A stretch of DNA of 64,000 nt, taken from positions 1,088,001 through 1,152,000 of the forward strand of contig CAVZZO010000003.1 in NCBI GenBank assembly GCA_963779755.1, read 5' to 3'. The notes beneath the pieces are model-generated. The model made no database searches, had not been told where the DNA came from, and saw only the letters and a program-made list of their open reading frames with translations. The translations under genes and the position numbers were made by a program. Numbering within the stretch: the first letter of the stretch is position 1; each line of letters starts with the position of its first letter. Positions 16,547 through 25,776 of the stretch are shown here, one piece after another. Origin of the DNA: an uncultured Gemmatimonadales bacterium (GTDB lineage: Bacteria > Gemmatimonadota > Gemmatimonadetes > Gemmatimonadales > GWC2-71-9).

Positions 16547-18003
16547 TCCAGCTTCTGCTCCTCGTGGTACTCGAAATCGGTGTTGACCGACCAGATATCG
16601 TGCGCCGCGCCCTCCATGTTCCACACCGCCATCATGGCGGTCAGCATGGAGTGGTCCTGGTTGTTGTATTTGTGCATCCCGTTGCGGCCGACGGTATGCA
16701 GGTTCGCGATGGGATCGATGTGGCCCCGCACCACGTCCAGGTGGGCCCGATAGGACCCGTCGTAGATGGGATAGGCCTTGGGCATGCGGATCACCGCGCC
16801 GTCGAACACCTTCTGGGGGTCGGCCAGGCCCAGCTGCCCCAGCTCCCGGCCGGCCAGGGCGATCAGGTCCTCGTCGCTCGAGTCCCAGAGCCCGTCGCCC
16901 TTGAAGCAGAAATACTCCAGGCCCAGGCAGGTCTTCCCCGGCTCCGGCACCATGGCGCGGCTCCAGTTGTTGAAGTTCTGGATCCGTCCGACCTTCACCC
17001 CGGGCGAGTGGATGTAGATCCAGTTATCGGGGAAGAGGTCCTCGGCGTCGAGCATGAGCGCCACCACCAGGAAGTCGCGGTAGCGCAGTCCCTCGGCCCC
17101 CTCGCGCACCGGGGCCGGCACGGCGGGATCGAGGCTCCGGACCAGGCTGCGGAGCGGCTGGCTGGAGATCACGTGGTCACAGGCCACCCGCCGCTCGCCC
17201 GCCGCGGTACGCACCCGGACGGCGGTGGCGCGTCCCGCCTCCACCTCCACCGACTGGACGTAGTGCCCCAGATGCACCTTGCCGCCCATGGCGCGGATCT
17301 TCCCGGCGCAGGTGTCCCACATCTGTCCCGGCCCCAGCCGGGGGTACTGGAACTCGTGAATCAGCGTCTTGATGGAAGTGGAGCGCTTGTTGATCGCGGC
17401 CGCGCTGAGAATCGCCTTGGCCAGCGAGAGCCCCTGGATGCGCTGTGCCGCCCACTCCGCCCGGATCTCGGTGCAGGGGATGCCCCAGACCTTCTCGGTG
17501 TAGGTCTTGAAGAAGATGTTGTACAACCGCTTGCCGAACCGGTTGGTGACCCACTGCTCGAAGTTCTCTTCCACCGGGTAGGGCTTGAAGTGCCAGCAGA
17601 CATAGCTGGCCACGATGGCAAACGCGTTCCAGAGCCCCAGGCCCTTGAGCGCATTGGAGGCCTTGAGCGGATAGTCGAAATATTTCCCGTCGTAGAAGAT
17701 CCGCGACAGGCGCGGGACCGAGATGAACTCGTGCTCCAGGATCTCGTGCCACAGCGCCTCGACCGGCGCCACCTTGGTAAAGAACCGGTGCCCGCCGATA
17801 TCGAACCGGTACCCCTTGTACTGCGCGGTGCGGGAGATCCCCCCCAGGATCTCGTCGCCCTCGAAGACGGTTACCCGGTGCCCCTTCTGGGCCAGCAGGT
17901 ACGCCGCCGTCAGGCCCGCGGGCCCGCCGCCGATGACGACGGTATGGTCGCCGGGGCGGAGCCGGTCAACCACGCGGGGACCTGCCGGGGGGCTGGGGGT
18001 CAT
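16423..18003 (-). CDS. FAD-dependent oxidoreductase (protoporphyrinogen oxidase/UDP-galactopyranose mutase-like)
   Basis: IGGGPAGL, FDIGGHRF and GRNGMHKYNNQDHSM; C-terminal tail is repeat-derived. Confidence 0.85.
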   Translation of the reverse strand: MTPSPPAGPRVVDRLRPGDHTVVIGGGPAGLTAAYLLAQKGHRVTVFEGDEILGGISRTAQYKGYRFDIGGHRFFTKVAPVEALWHEILEHEFISVPRLSRIFYDGKYFDYPLKASNALKGLGLWNAFAIVASYVCWHFKPYPVEENFEQWVTNRFGKRLYNIFFKTYTEKVWGIPCTEIRAEWAAQRIQGLSLAKAILSAAAINKRSTSIKTLIHEFQYPRLGPGQMWDTCAGKIRAMGGKVHLGHYVQSVEVEAGRATAVRVRTAAGERRVACDHVISSQPLRSLVRSLDPAVPAPVREGAEGLRYRDFLVVALMLDAEDLFPDNWIYIHSPGVKVGRIQNFNNWSRAMVPEPGKTCLGLEYFCFKGDGLWDSSDEDLIALAGRELGQLGLADPQKVFDGAVIRMPKAYPIYDGSYRAHLDVVRGHIDPIANLHTVGRNGMHKYNNQDHSMLTAMMAVWNMEGAAHDIWSVNTDFEYHEEQKLEEGGKTAGRQEGKAAGRQDGRTARRQVSARGNVRPPVHPPV

Positions 18004-18004
18004 G

Positions 18005-18104
18005 TCGTTGGTCGTCAGTCGTTGGTCGTTAATTGCCAGTTACTGGCCGCTGCCGACGGTCGCCGGTCTCTCACCCTGGTTCCTGATTCCTGGTCCCTGA
18101 TCCC
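18005..18104. repeat. Two short heptamer arrays (GTCGTTG-like; TCCTGAT/TCCTGGT)
   Basis: gtcgttg-gtcgtca-gtcgttg-gtcgtta and ccctggt-tcctgat-tcctggt-ccctgat in a 100-bp intergenic gap. Confidence 0.7.
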
Positions 18105-19016
18105 TTACCTGACCTTTGCCAGCGCATCCCCCGCCCCGAACCAGGCGCCCACCACCTCGCCGGCGGCCCAGCCGCCCACGAAAATGGCCAGCAGCGGCAG
18201 GGACCGGATCAGCTCCTCCCGGTGGATGCCCTTCTCCCAGACGCGCCGGACCGTGCGGTAGAACAGCACCGGCGGCAGGGCGAAGGCGGCCGCTCCCCAG
18301 GCCATCCGCTTCAGCAGCGGGGCTCCCCGGGTTCGCGCGCCGGCATAGGACCGCGAATACAGATAACGCTGGGAGAGATACTCCCAGACGGTGTAATGCT
18401 TCTTGTGCCCCACCCGGATGCCCGGACGGCAGTAGAGCGTCACGCCGCTCCGGCGCAGGTGATCGTGCAGGTAGTTCTCCCAGCGGCCCTCGGCGATCAC
18501 GGCGCGGCTCTGCTCCAGCAGGGCCCGGCGGTAGACGGTGTTATTCCCGGTGAGCCAGTCCGAGGGGCCGTCCGGCAGGGGCGGCAGCAGATGACTATAC
18601 TCGCACAGGAACGCCGCCCAGTCCACCAGGCGCTCGGTGGCGGCGTTCTCCACCGCGCCGCCCACGACCTCCTCGCCCCGTTCCTGGGCCTCCAGCAGCG
18701 CCCGGGCCCAGCCCGGCGGCACCAGCACGTGATCTTCGATGACCGCCACCGACGCTCCCCGGGCGGCGGCGAAGGCCTGCGCCCGCAGCGCCGGGATGGT
18801 GGTGTCCGCTGCCGCCTCCAGCAGCCGCGCCCAAGGGTACTCCCGCCGGACCAGCTCACGCAGAGGCTCCCCGCAACGGTCGGCCACCAGCACCTCCAGC
18901 CGGCAATCGCTCCGCTGCGCGGTCAGGGCCTCGAGACATCCCCCCAGATCGCTCCATCCATTGACCGAGGGCACAACCACGGAAAGCTGCGGCTCGGCGC
19001 CCTCAGATCCGGTCAT
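18105..19016 (-). CDS. GT2-family glycosyltransferase
   Basis: LSVVVPS, EVLVAD, VAVIEDH and GNNTVYRR; C-terminal hydrophobic segments. Confidence 0.8.
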   Translation of the reverse strand: MTGSEGAEPQLSVVVPSVNGWSDLGGCLEALTAQRSDCRLEVLVADRCGEPLRELVRREYPWARLLEAAADTTIPALRAQAFAAARGASVAVIEDHVLVPPGWARALLEAQERGEEVVGGAVENAATERLVDWAAFLCEYSHLLPPLPDGPSDWLTGNNTVYRRALLEQSRAVIAEGRWENYLHDHLRRSGVTLYCRPGIRVGHKKHYTVWEYLSQRYLYSRSYAGARTRGAPLLKRMAWGAAAFALPPVLFYRTVRRVWEKGIHREELIRSLPLLAIFVGGWAAGEVVGAWFGAGDALAKVR

Positions 19017-19473
19017 CCAGCCCTGCTTCCCGCAGAATCTCGCGAATGCCGCTCGCCGCCGGCCCGTAGACCGGTGCCCGGATGCCCAGCCGGCGGCCCA
19101 GCAGCTCGACCCAGTCTTCCTCGTGGGCTCGCAGGTCGGTCGTCAGGGCGACCACGTGGCCGGTCGCCTCGGCCATGCCGGCCGCCAGGAGGTCCGGCAG
19201 GGCTACCCCGGGGGACGCCAGGACAAACCGGACCCCCTGGAAGACGCGGGCAAGCTCGGTCAGGCTGGCCGGGGCATCGGCGCGCGCGACAATCAGCTCC
19301 GCCGCGAAACGCCCCACGGCGGGCAGCATGTAGCCCAGCACCGCCTCCAGCCGCGGCCGCTCGCCCAGCGACGCCATCACCACGGAAATCGTGGGGGTAG
19401 CGGCCTCCCTGGGCCGGACCTCTCCCGGCCGGTCCTCGGCCGGCACGAAGATGACGCTCAAGGGAAGTGTCAC
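19003..19473 (-). CDS. Short degenerate GT2-like protein (N-terminal half only)
   Basis: ISVVMAS, ELIVA and GMAEATGHVVALTTD parallel the neighbouring GT2; overlaps its start. Confidence 0.55.
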   Translation of the reverse strand: MTLPLSVIFVPAEDRPGEVRPREAATPTISVVMASLGERPRLEAVLGYMLPAVGRFAAELIVARADAPASLTELARVFQGVRFVLASPGVALPDLLAAGMAEATGHVVALTTDLRAHEEDWVELLGRRLGIRAPVYGPAASGIREILREAGLDDRI

Positions 19474-19579
19474 TCGCCGGCGGGGGAGCGGGTGGCCCGA
19501 ATGCTCCTCCGCCTTGCATCAGCGCTCATGGGCGATCCGGTAGAACGGTGGCTTCGTGCGGTCCAGGTCCGGCGAGTTC

Positions 19580-19595
19580 AGCAAACCCGGTGCCA
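19580..19595 (-). promoter_or_regulatory. Sigma54 -24/-12 promoter
   Basis: TGGCACCGGGTTTGCT on the minus strand, about 105 nt before GTG 19473. Confidence 0.75.
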
Positions 19596-19769
19596 CACAG
19601 CGCCGATCTTGAGGAACGCCAACTCCGTGCGGCGCAACGTAATCCTGGTGATGTCGCAGGCGGTGACCGGCCTGGCGGCCCGCTGTCACGCGCGAAAGCC
19701 CCGCACATGTGGACCCGATGCAACAGGGCTCCCATCCCACGCCCCACAGACGGGTGGGCCGGCGGGCTG

Positions 19770-21419
19770 TCAAGGATCCTCCGGCGCGTGCCTCTCTCGT
19801 TCGGGGTTCCGGGCCAGGCTGTCCAGGGTGACGCACGCGGGGCTCCCGGTGGCAGCCGCGGTGTCAGCTGGGAAGTGGTAGAGGAAGGCCCGGCCGGGCC
19901 AGCGCTGCACCAGCCGCACCTGCCCGCAGAAGGCATCGACGAACGGCACCACGCGCGCCCCGCCCACCTGGGGGCTCACGAAGATGTAGCGGATGTTCCG
20001 CCGCTGGAGGAAACCTGCCAGATCGCCCCGGGCCTGTTTCAGCGCCAGATTCGGATGGTAGACCTGCCGCCCGCTGTAGTAGGAGAACGTGGCCTCCTTG
20101 ATGGTCAGGACAGCAGCATCGCGCGGGATATGGGCGGCGGCGTACCGCGCCGCCGCGAAGAAGGACAGCTGCCCCTCGTTGAAGCAAACCGGGCTGTCGG
20201 TCGCCCGGGCACGGGGGCAGCCGAGCGCATGTTCCACCCGCGGGTATTCCACCGCGATGCCGCGAGCGGCGAGCGGGGCGCAGAGAAGCACGGCCGCCAC
20301 CGCTATCGCCCGGCTTCCCCACCGGCGGGCCAGGGCCGTCAGGCCCACCACCATGACCAGGAGGAGCACCGGTGCCAGCGGCACCATGAACCGGGTCAGC
20401 TTGAAGGGCCACGCCCAGAGAACCACCGCGTAAGAGAGCAGATAGCTCAGGAAGACTGGATGCCGCCGCAGGCTCCACAGCCCCGCTGCCAGGAGCAGCA
20501 CGATGACCGCCACGATCCCGATGTTGTCGATCACCGTGCCGGGTACCGTCGGCACCTGGAGGCTGGTGGGAATCGACTGGAACAGGTAGGTGGAAACCAT
20601 CCGCCGCGACCGGTTGACCAGCTGGGCCGTGATCTGGGCGCCTGGCCGATCGAGTATCCGGCCGGTGGCCGCGGCGTAGGAGCGGTCGGCGAACTGATCG
20701 GGGGCAACCACGGTCCAGAGTATCCAGCCACCCACCAGGAGCGCGGCGAGCCCGCCCCATACCAGCACCCGGCGGTAGTGCTTCTGGAACAGCCAGACGA
20801 GGCCCACCGCCGCCACCATGCTCACCCCGACCGTTCGGGTCAGGCCGGTAAGAATCGCCAGCCCGCCCGCCAGGATGGTGCGCCACCGCCCCTCGGGCAG
20901 CGCAATCATGGCCCAGAGCGTGGCCACGCTCATGGTGAGATAGGGCTGCTCCGACACCGTCCTCCCGGCAAACCCTATGAGCCACGGGTTCACCGCCAGC
21001 GCGGCCAGCAATGCGAGCCCGGGCACCGGCCCCGCCAGCCTCCTCGCCAGATCGGCCAGCAGCAGGAGCCCCAGCAGCGCGAGCACCAGGGAGAGGAGCA
21101 AGGCACCGTCGAGGCTCCGGCCGGTGACGCTGGTCCAGACCGCGAGCATCACGGGATAGGCCGGCGGATATTGCGAGTGCACCGGCTTCCCCAACACATG
21201 CTGGTCCCGGTAATGCAGCGACTGGATGGAGCGGCTCAGCAACAGGTACTGCGCATCGTCGTTGGCGTTGGGGGTGATGGCGGGGGTACGGGTCACCCAG
21301 ATCAGGGAACCATGCAGCAAAAGCAACAGGGCCACGGCCGGCCAGTACCAGCGGCCCCCGCGGCCCGAGGGGCGGTGGGGAGGTTTGCCGGTTTCCTGGG
21401 CGAGTTCCAGCAGGGTCAT
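19770..21419 (-). CDS. ArnT/PMT-like GT-C membrane glycosyltransferase
   Basis: NDDAQY after TM1, YPPAYP, SEQPY, RF motif; about 11 TMs. Confidence 0.8.
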   Translation of the reverse strand: MTLLELAQETGKPPHRPSGRGGRWYWPAVALLLLLHGSLIWVTRTPAITPNANDDAQYLLLSRSIQSLHYRDQHVLGKPVHSQYPPAYPVMLAVWTSVTGRSLDGALLLSLVLALLGLLLLADLARRLAGPVPGLALLAALAVNPWLIGFAGRTVSEQPYLTMSVATLWAMIALPEGRWRTILAGGLAILTGLTRTVGVSMVAAVGLVWLFQKHYRRVLVWGGLAALLVGGWILWTVVAPDQFADRSYAAATGRILDRPGAQITAQLVNRSRRMVSTYLFQSIPTSLQVPTVPGTVIDNIGIVAVIVLLLAAGLWSLRRHPVFLSYLLSYAVVLWAWPFKLTRFMVPLAPVLLLVMVVGLTALARRWGSRAIAVAAVLLCAPLAARGIAVEYPRVEHALGCPRARATDSPVCFNEGQLSFFAAARYAAAHIPRDAAVLTIKEATFSYYSGRQVYHPNLALKQARGDLAGFLQRRNIRYIFVSPQVGGARVVPFVDAFCGQVRLVQRWPGRAFLYHFPADTAAATGSPACVTLDSLARNPERERHAPEDP

Positions 21420-21455
21420 CAGGGCCTGGGGTTGGGGGATGGATCAGCGGCAGGC

Positions 21456-21470
21456 GCAAACATGGTGCCA
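21456..21470 (-). promoter_or_regulatory. Sigma54 -24/-12 promoter
   Basis: TGGCACCATGTTTGC on the minus strand, upstream of ATG 21419. Confidence 0.75.
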
Positions 21471-21513
21471 GCCACTGTCACACCATCAGATTACTGATGT
21501 GTGGGGTCACGGC

Positions 21514-21529
21514 TGGCCCTGCTCTTGCT
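21514..21529 (+). promoter_or_regulatory. Sigma54 -24/-12 promoter
   Basis: TGGCCCTGCTCTTGCT upstream of ATG 21585. Confidence 0.65.
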
Positions 21530-21584
21530 CTACCGTCTACTTAATGAAGGCTCACACACTGTCACCCCCTCGGGCGCTGCCCGC

Positions 21585-23309
21585 ATGAACGGTACTCCTC
21601 CCCTGCCCCGCCGTCACCTCCTTACGGTGGCGTTGGAGGATTATTACCACGTCGGCGCGTTCAACAGCCTGATCCAGCGGGGCCACTGGTACCGTTTCGA
21701 GAGCCGGCTGGAACAGAACACCCGGCGCAGCCTGGACCTGCTCGACCAGCACGGCGTCCGGGCCACGTTCTTCACGCTCGGCTGGGTGGCCGACGCGCTG
21801 CCCGAGCTGGTGCGCGAGGTGGCCGGCCGGGGACACGAGATCGCCAACCGCGGATACTATCACCGCAGTATTCAGGAACTGACCCCGGAAGAATTCCGCC
21901 AGGACCTGTCCCGGTCAAAGGAAGCGCTGGAGCGCGCGGCCGGCCGGCGGGTGATCGGCTACCGCGTGGCCGACCGCTGGCTGGGCCCGGCGGACCTGTG
22001 GGCGCTCGATGTCCTGGCCGAGGAGGGCTACGAATACGACTCCAGCATCGGCCCGGTGCTGCGGGCCTTCTCCGCCGAGCCCTGGCGCCGATTTGCCCAT
22101 CCCCATCCCTGGGGAGAGCGCCTGCTCTGGGAATTTCCCATCTCGGCGCTGGCGTTCCTCGGCTGGATGCTGCCCATCTCCGGCGGTAACTACCTCCGGC
22201 AGTTCCCCCGCTGGCTCATGCGGCGGGCCGTGGCCCACTGGACCCGCACCTACGCCGCGCCGCTGGTGCTCTATTTCCACGTCTGGGAACTGGATCCCGA
22301 CCAGCCGAGGATCGGCGCCGCCTCGGCGCTGCAGCGGATCCGGCACTACCGCAACCTGCGGCGCATGCCCGAGATCCTGGGCGAATACCTGAACCGCTAT
22401 CGGTTCAGCAGCATCGCGGATCATCTGGGGGTGAGCACGGCTCTCCGGCCGGCCGCCCCGGCTCCGGCGGCGCGGAAGGCCGAGCCGCCCGTCCCCGCCA
22501 GACCACGCCCCCGCGCACCCGGCCGGACACCGGTGACGGTCGTCATCCCCTGCTATAACGAGGAACGTACCCTGCCCTACCTGGCCAATACGCTGGCCAG
22601 TGTGGAGCGCCGGCTGGGAGACGCGTGGGAGCTGCACTTTCTCTTCGTGGACGATGCCAGCGTGGACGGCACGTGGGAGTCGCTGCAGCGGCTCTTCGGC
22701 AGCCGGCCCGGCTGCCGGCTGGAGCGGCACCAGCGCAACCTGGGGGTGGCGGCCGCCATCCTGACCGGCATCCGCGCGGCCGACACCGACATCGTAGCCT
22801 CCATCGACTGCGACTGCACCTACGACCCGCACGAACTGGCCGCCATGATCCCCCTCCTCACCGCCGGAGTGGACCTGGTGACCGCGTCTCCCTATCACCC
22901 GCAGGGAAGGGTCCACAACATTCCGGCCTGGCGCCTGTTTCTCTCCCGCCGGTTGTCGGGACTGTACCGCCTGGTGTTGCGGCGGCCGCTGCACACCTGG
23001 ACCAGTTGCTTCCGCGTCTACCGGCGCGCCACGCTCACCCAGGTCCGCCTGCGGGAGAGCGGTTTCCTCGGCGTGGCGGAGACGCTCGGCATCCTGGTGC
23101 TGTCGGAGCGTGGCGTGGTGGAATTCCCCGCCACCCTCGAGGTCCGGGTGTTGGGCCGCTCCAAGATGAAAGTGCTGCGCACCATCGCCGGCCATTTCCG
23201 GCTGCTGGCGCGACTGGCGCTGGCCCGGGCCGGCGGCTGGCATCCGCTCCCGCCGGCGCACCCCGCCGAGCCGGCCGCCCGGAGCGAGCGGGAGCGGCTG
23301 GGTGTCTAG
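21585..23309 (+). CDS. Polysaccharide deacetylase (DUF3473/XrtA-locus type) fused to a DPM1-like GT2
   Basis: LTVALEDYY, ATFFTLGW, GGNYLR and YFHVWELDPDQPR; then VVIPCYNEE, VDDASVD and IDCDCTYDP. Confidence 0.85.
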   Translation: MNGTPPLPRRHLLTVALEDYYHVGAFNSLIQRGHWYRFESRLEQNTRRSLDLLDQHGVRATFFTLGWVADALPELVREVAGRGHEIANRGYYHRSIQELTPEEFRQDLSRSKEALERAAGRRVIGYRVADRWLGPADLWALDVLAEEGYEYDSSIGPVLRAFSAEPWRRFAHPHPWGERLLWEFPISALAFLGWMLPISGGNYLRQFPRWLMRRAVAHWTRTYAAPLVLYFHVWELDPDQPRIGAASALQRIRHYRNLRRMPEILGEYLNRYRFSSIADHLGVSTALRPAAPAPAARKAEPPVPARPRPRAPGRTPVTVVIPCYNEERTLPYLANTLASVERRLGDAWELHFLFVDDASVDGTWESLQRLFGSRPGCRLERHQRNLGVAAAILTGIRAADTDIVASIDCDCTYDPHELAAMIPLLTAGVDLVTASPYHPQGRVHNIPAWRLFLSRRLSGLYRLVLRRPLHTWTSCFRVYRRATLTQVRLRESGFLGVAETLGILVLSERGVVEFPATLEVRVLGRSKMKVLRTIAGHFRLLARLALARAGGWHPLPPAHPAEPAARSERERLGV

Positions 23310-24711
23310 CAGCCTCGGCGTGGCGGGCGGGGGCCTGCTGGGCATGACGCTCGCCCTGCGGCTGGCGCAGGCCGGCCATGCGGTCACCCTGTTCGAGGCG
23401 GCCCCCGCGGCCGGCGGGCTGGCGTCGCCGGAGGCGGTGGGCGAGTACCAGTGGGACCGGTTCTACCACGTCATCCTCCAGTCCGACACCGCCCTGCTCG
23501 GCCTGCTGGACGAGCTGGGCCTCTCGGACCGATTGCACTGGGGCACCACGCGCACCGGCTTCTATGCCGGGGAGCGGCTGTACTCCCTGTCCAACAGTCT
23601 CGAGTTCCTGACATTCCCGCTGCTCGGGCCGGTGGACAAGCTCCGGCTGGCGGCGACCATCCTTCATGCGTCGCGCATCCGCGACCCGCGGCCGCTGGAG
23701 CGCGAGCTGGCCACCGACTGGCTGCGGCGCTGGTCGGGCCGCCGCGCCTGCGAGCGGATGTGGTTCCCCCTGCTCCAGAGCAAGCTGGGCCCGAATTACG
23801 ACCGGGTGAGCGCCGCGTTCATCTGGGCCATCATCGCCCGGATGTATGCCGCCCGGCGGTCCGGGCTCAAGCGCGAGATGTTCGGTTACGTGGACGGGGG
23901 CTACGCGACGGTGCTGGAGCGGCTGCGCCCGCGCCTGGAGGCGGCGGGCGTGACGGTTCATACCGGCAGCACGGTGGGAGAGGTGCGGGAAACGGGGACC
24001 GGCGCGGAGATCGTGGTGGACCGCGTGGCACACGCCTTCGATGGGGCAGTGCTCACCTTTCCTGCCGGTGCGGTGGCCCGGGCCTGCCCCCAGCTGAAGC
24101 CGGCCGAGCGGGAGCGCCTGGAAGGGGTGACGTATCAGGGCGTGATCTGCGCGTCGCTGCTGCTGCGCCGCCCGCTGGGCGGCTTCTACGTTACCAACAT
24201 CCTCGACCACCGGGTCCCGTTCACCGGTGTCATCGAAATGACCGCGCTGGTGGACCGCGAGCGTTTCGGGGGGAACACCCTGGCCTACCTGCCGCGCTAT
24301 CTCCCGGCCGGCGACCCCTGGTGGGAGCGCAGCGACGGGGAAATCCGCGAGGAGTTCCTTCCGGCACTGGCGCGCATGTATCCCGGATTTTCCCGCGAGG
24401 ATGTGCTCGCCTTCCGGATGGCACGGGCGCGGCAGGTGCAGGCGCTCAGCACCCTGCACTACTCCGAGCGGGCGCTGCCGCCGCTCCGTACCACGCTTCC
24501 GCATGTCTGGATCGCCAATTCGGCCCAGATCGCCTACGGGACGCTGAATGTGAATGAGACGGTGGCACTCGCCGAACGCCAGGCACGGGCCATCCATGAG
24601 CTGCTGCCATCGGGGTCTGCCGGCCCTTGGAGTGGAACCAGGAATCAGGAATCAGGAATCAGGAATCAGGAATCAGGAATCGGCATGGCGCAGCCGACCT
24701 TTGACCTTTGA
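23302..24711 (+). CDS. FAD-dependent oxidoreductase (amine oxidase/protoporphyrinogen oxidase-like)
   Basis: GGGLLG, FE..GGLA, DRFYH and GYVDGG. Confidence 0.85.
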   Translation: MSSSLGVAGGGLLGMTLALRLAQAGHAVTLFEAAPAAGGLASPEAVGEYQWDRFYHVILQSDTALLGLLDELGLSDRLHWGTTRTGFYAGERLYSLSNSLEFLTFPLLGPVDKLRLAATILHASRIRDPRPLERELATDWLRRWSGRRACERMWFPLLQSKLGPNYDRVSAAFIWAIIARMYAARRSGLKREMFGYVDGGYATVLERLRPRLEAAGVTVHTGSTVGEVRETGTGAEIVVDRVAHAFDGAVLTFPAGAVARACPQLKPAERERLEGVTYQGVICASLLLRRPLGGFYVTNILDHRVPFTGVIEMTALVDRERFGGNTLAYLPRYLPAGDPWWERSDGEIREEFLPALARMYPGFSREDVLAFRMARARQVQALSTLHYSERALPPLRTTLPHVWIANSAQIAYGTLNVNETVALAERQARAIHELLPSGSAGPWSGTRNQESGIRNQESGIGMAQPTFDL

Positions 24712-24742
24712 CCTTTGACCTTGGGCCTCTTGACCTTCGACC
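24633..24742. repeat. Adjacent heptamer arrays (CAGGAAT)x6 and (GACCTTT)n
   Basis: ggaaccaggaatcaggaatc... then gacctttgacctttgacctttgacctt..., across the stop codon. Confidence 0.9.
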
Positions 24743-24768
24743 ATTCGACGACGGCGACGACCCCAGCG

Positions 24769-25743
24769 ATGGCACCTGCGCTCGCGAGCATCTCGCTCGA
24801 CCTCGACAACCTCTGGTCCTACCTCAAGACCCATGGGGACCCGGGCTGGGAGAAGCGGCCCTCGTATCTCGAGCGGTTCATTCCGCGGGTCCTGACCGAG
24901 CTGGAACGGGCGGGGCTCAGGATCACCTTCTTCGTGGTGGGTGTGGACGCGGAGCGCCACGCCGGCGACGGTCTGTTGCGCTCGCTCACCGGCGCGGGAC
25001 ACGGCGTGGGCAACCACAGCTTCCAGCATGAGCCCTGGCTGCACCGCTACAGCCGGGACGAGCTGGTGCGGGAAATCGCCCAGGCGGAAACGGCCATCGA
25101 AGCCGCCACCGGCCGGCGACCCCGGGCATTCCGCGGACCGGGGTTCAGCTGGAGCCCCACATTGCTGGAGGTGCTGGCGGAGCGGGGCTACCTGGTGGAC
25201 GCCTCGACCCTCCCCACCTTCCTGGGCCCGCTGGCCCGCGCCTGGTACTTCGCCACCGCCCGGCTCCGGCCGGAGCAGCGGGAGGAGCGGGGAGCGCTGT
25301 TCGGCAGCTGGCGCGACGGCCTCCGCCCCGTGCGGCCCTACCGCTGGGATCTGGCGGAAGGCCGTTCGCTGCTGGAGATTCCGGTAACGACCATCCCGCT
25401 GGTCCGGACGCCGTTTCATCTGAGCTATCTGATCTATCTCGCGCGATGGTCGGAGAGCCTGATGATGGCCTACCTGCGGGGCGCGCTGCGCGCCTGCCGG
25501 ATGGCCCGGGTGGAGCCCAGTTTTCTTCTCCATCCGCTGGACCTGCTGGGAGGAGACGAGGTCCCGGAGCTTTCGTTCTTTCCCGGCATGGATCTTCCTG
25601 TCCGGAAGAAGACCGACCTCTTCCAGCGGGTGCTGGGAACCCTGGCCGAGCGTTTCACCCTGGTAGACCTGGAGACTCATGCCGAGGCGCTGCTGGCCCG
25701 AACCGATGTCCCGCTGCGCGCCGCCCTGGCCCCGGGAGCCTGA
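24769..25743 (+). CDS. Polysaccharide deacetylase
   Basis: SLDLD, ITFFVVG, GNHSFQH, FRGPG and LLHPLD. Confidence 0.85.
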   Translation: MAPALASISLDLDNLWSYLKTHGDPGWEKRPSYLERFIPRVLTELERAGLRITFFVVGVDAERHAGDGLLRSLTGAGHGVGNHSFQHEPWLHRYSRDELVREIAQAETAIEAATGRRPRAFRGPGFSWSPTLLEVLAERGYLVDASTLPTFLGPLARAWYFATARLRPEQREERGALFGSWRDGLRPVRPYRWDLAEGRSLLEIPVTTIPLVRTPFHLSYLIYLARWSESLMMAYLRGALRACRMARVEPSFLLHPLDLLGGDEVPELSFFPGMDLPVRKKTDLFQRVLGTLAERFTLVDLETHAEALLARTDVPLRAALAPGA

Positions 25744-25776
25744 GATGCCCGCTCATCCGACCGCGAGTTGCCCGCC

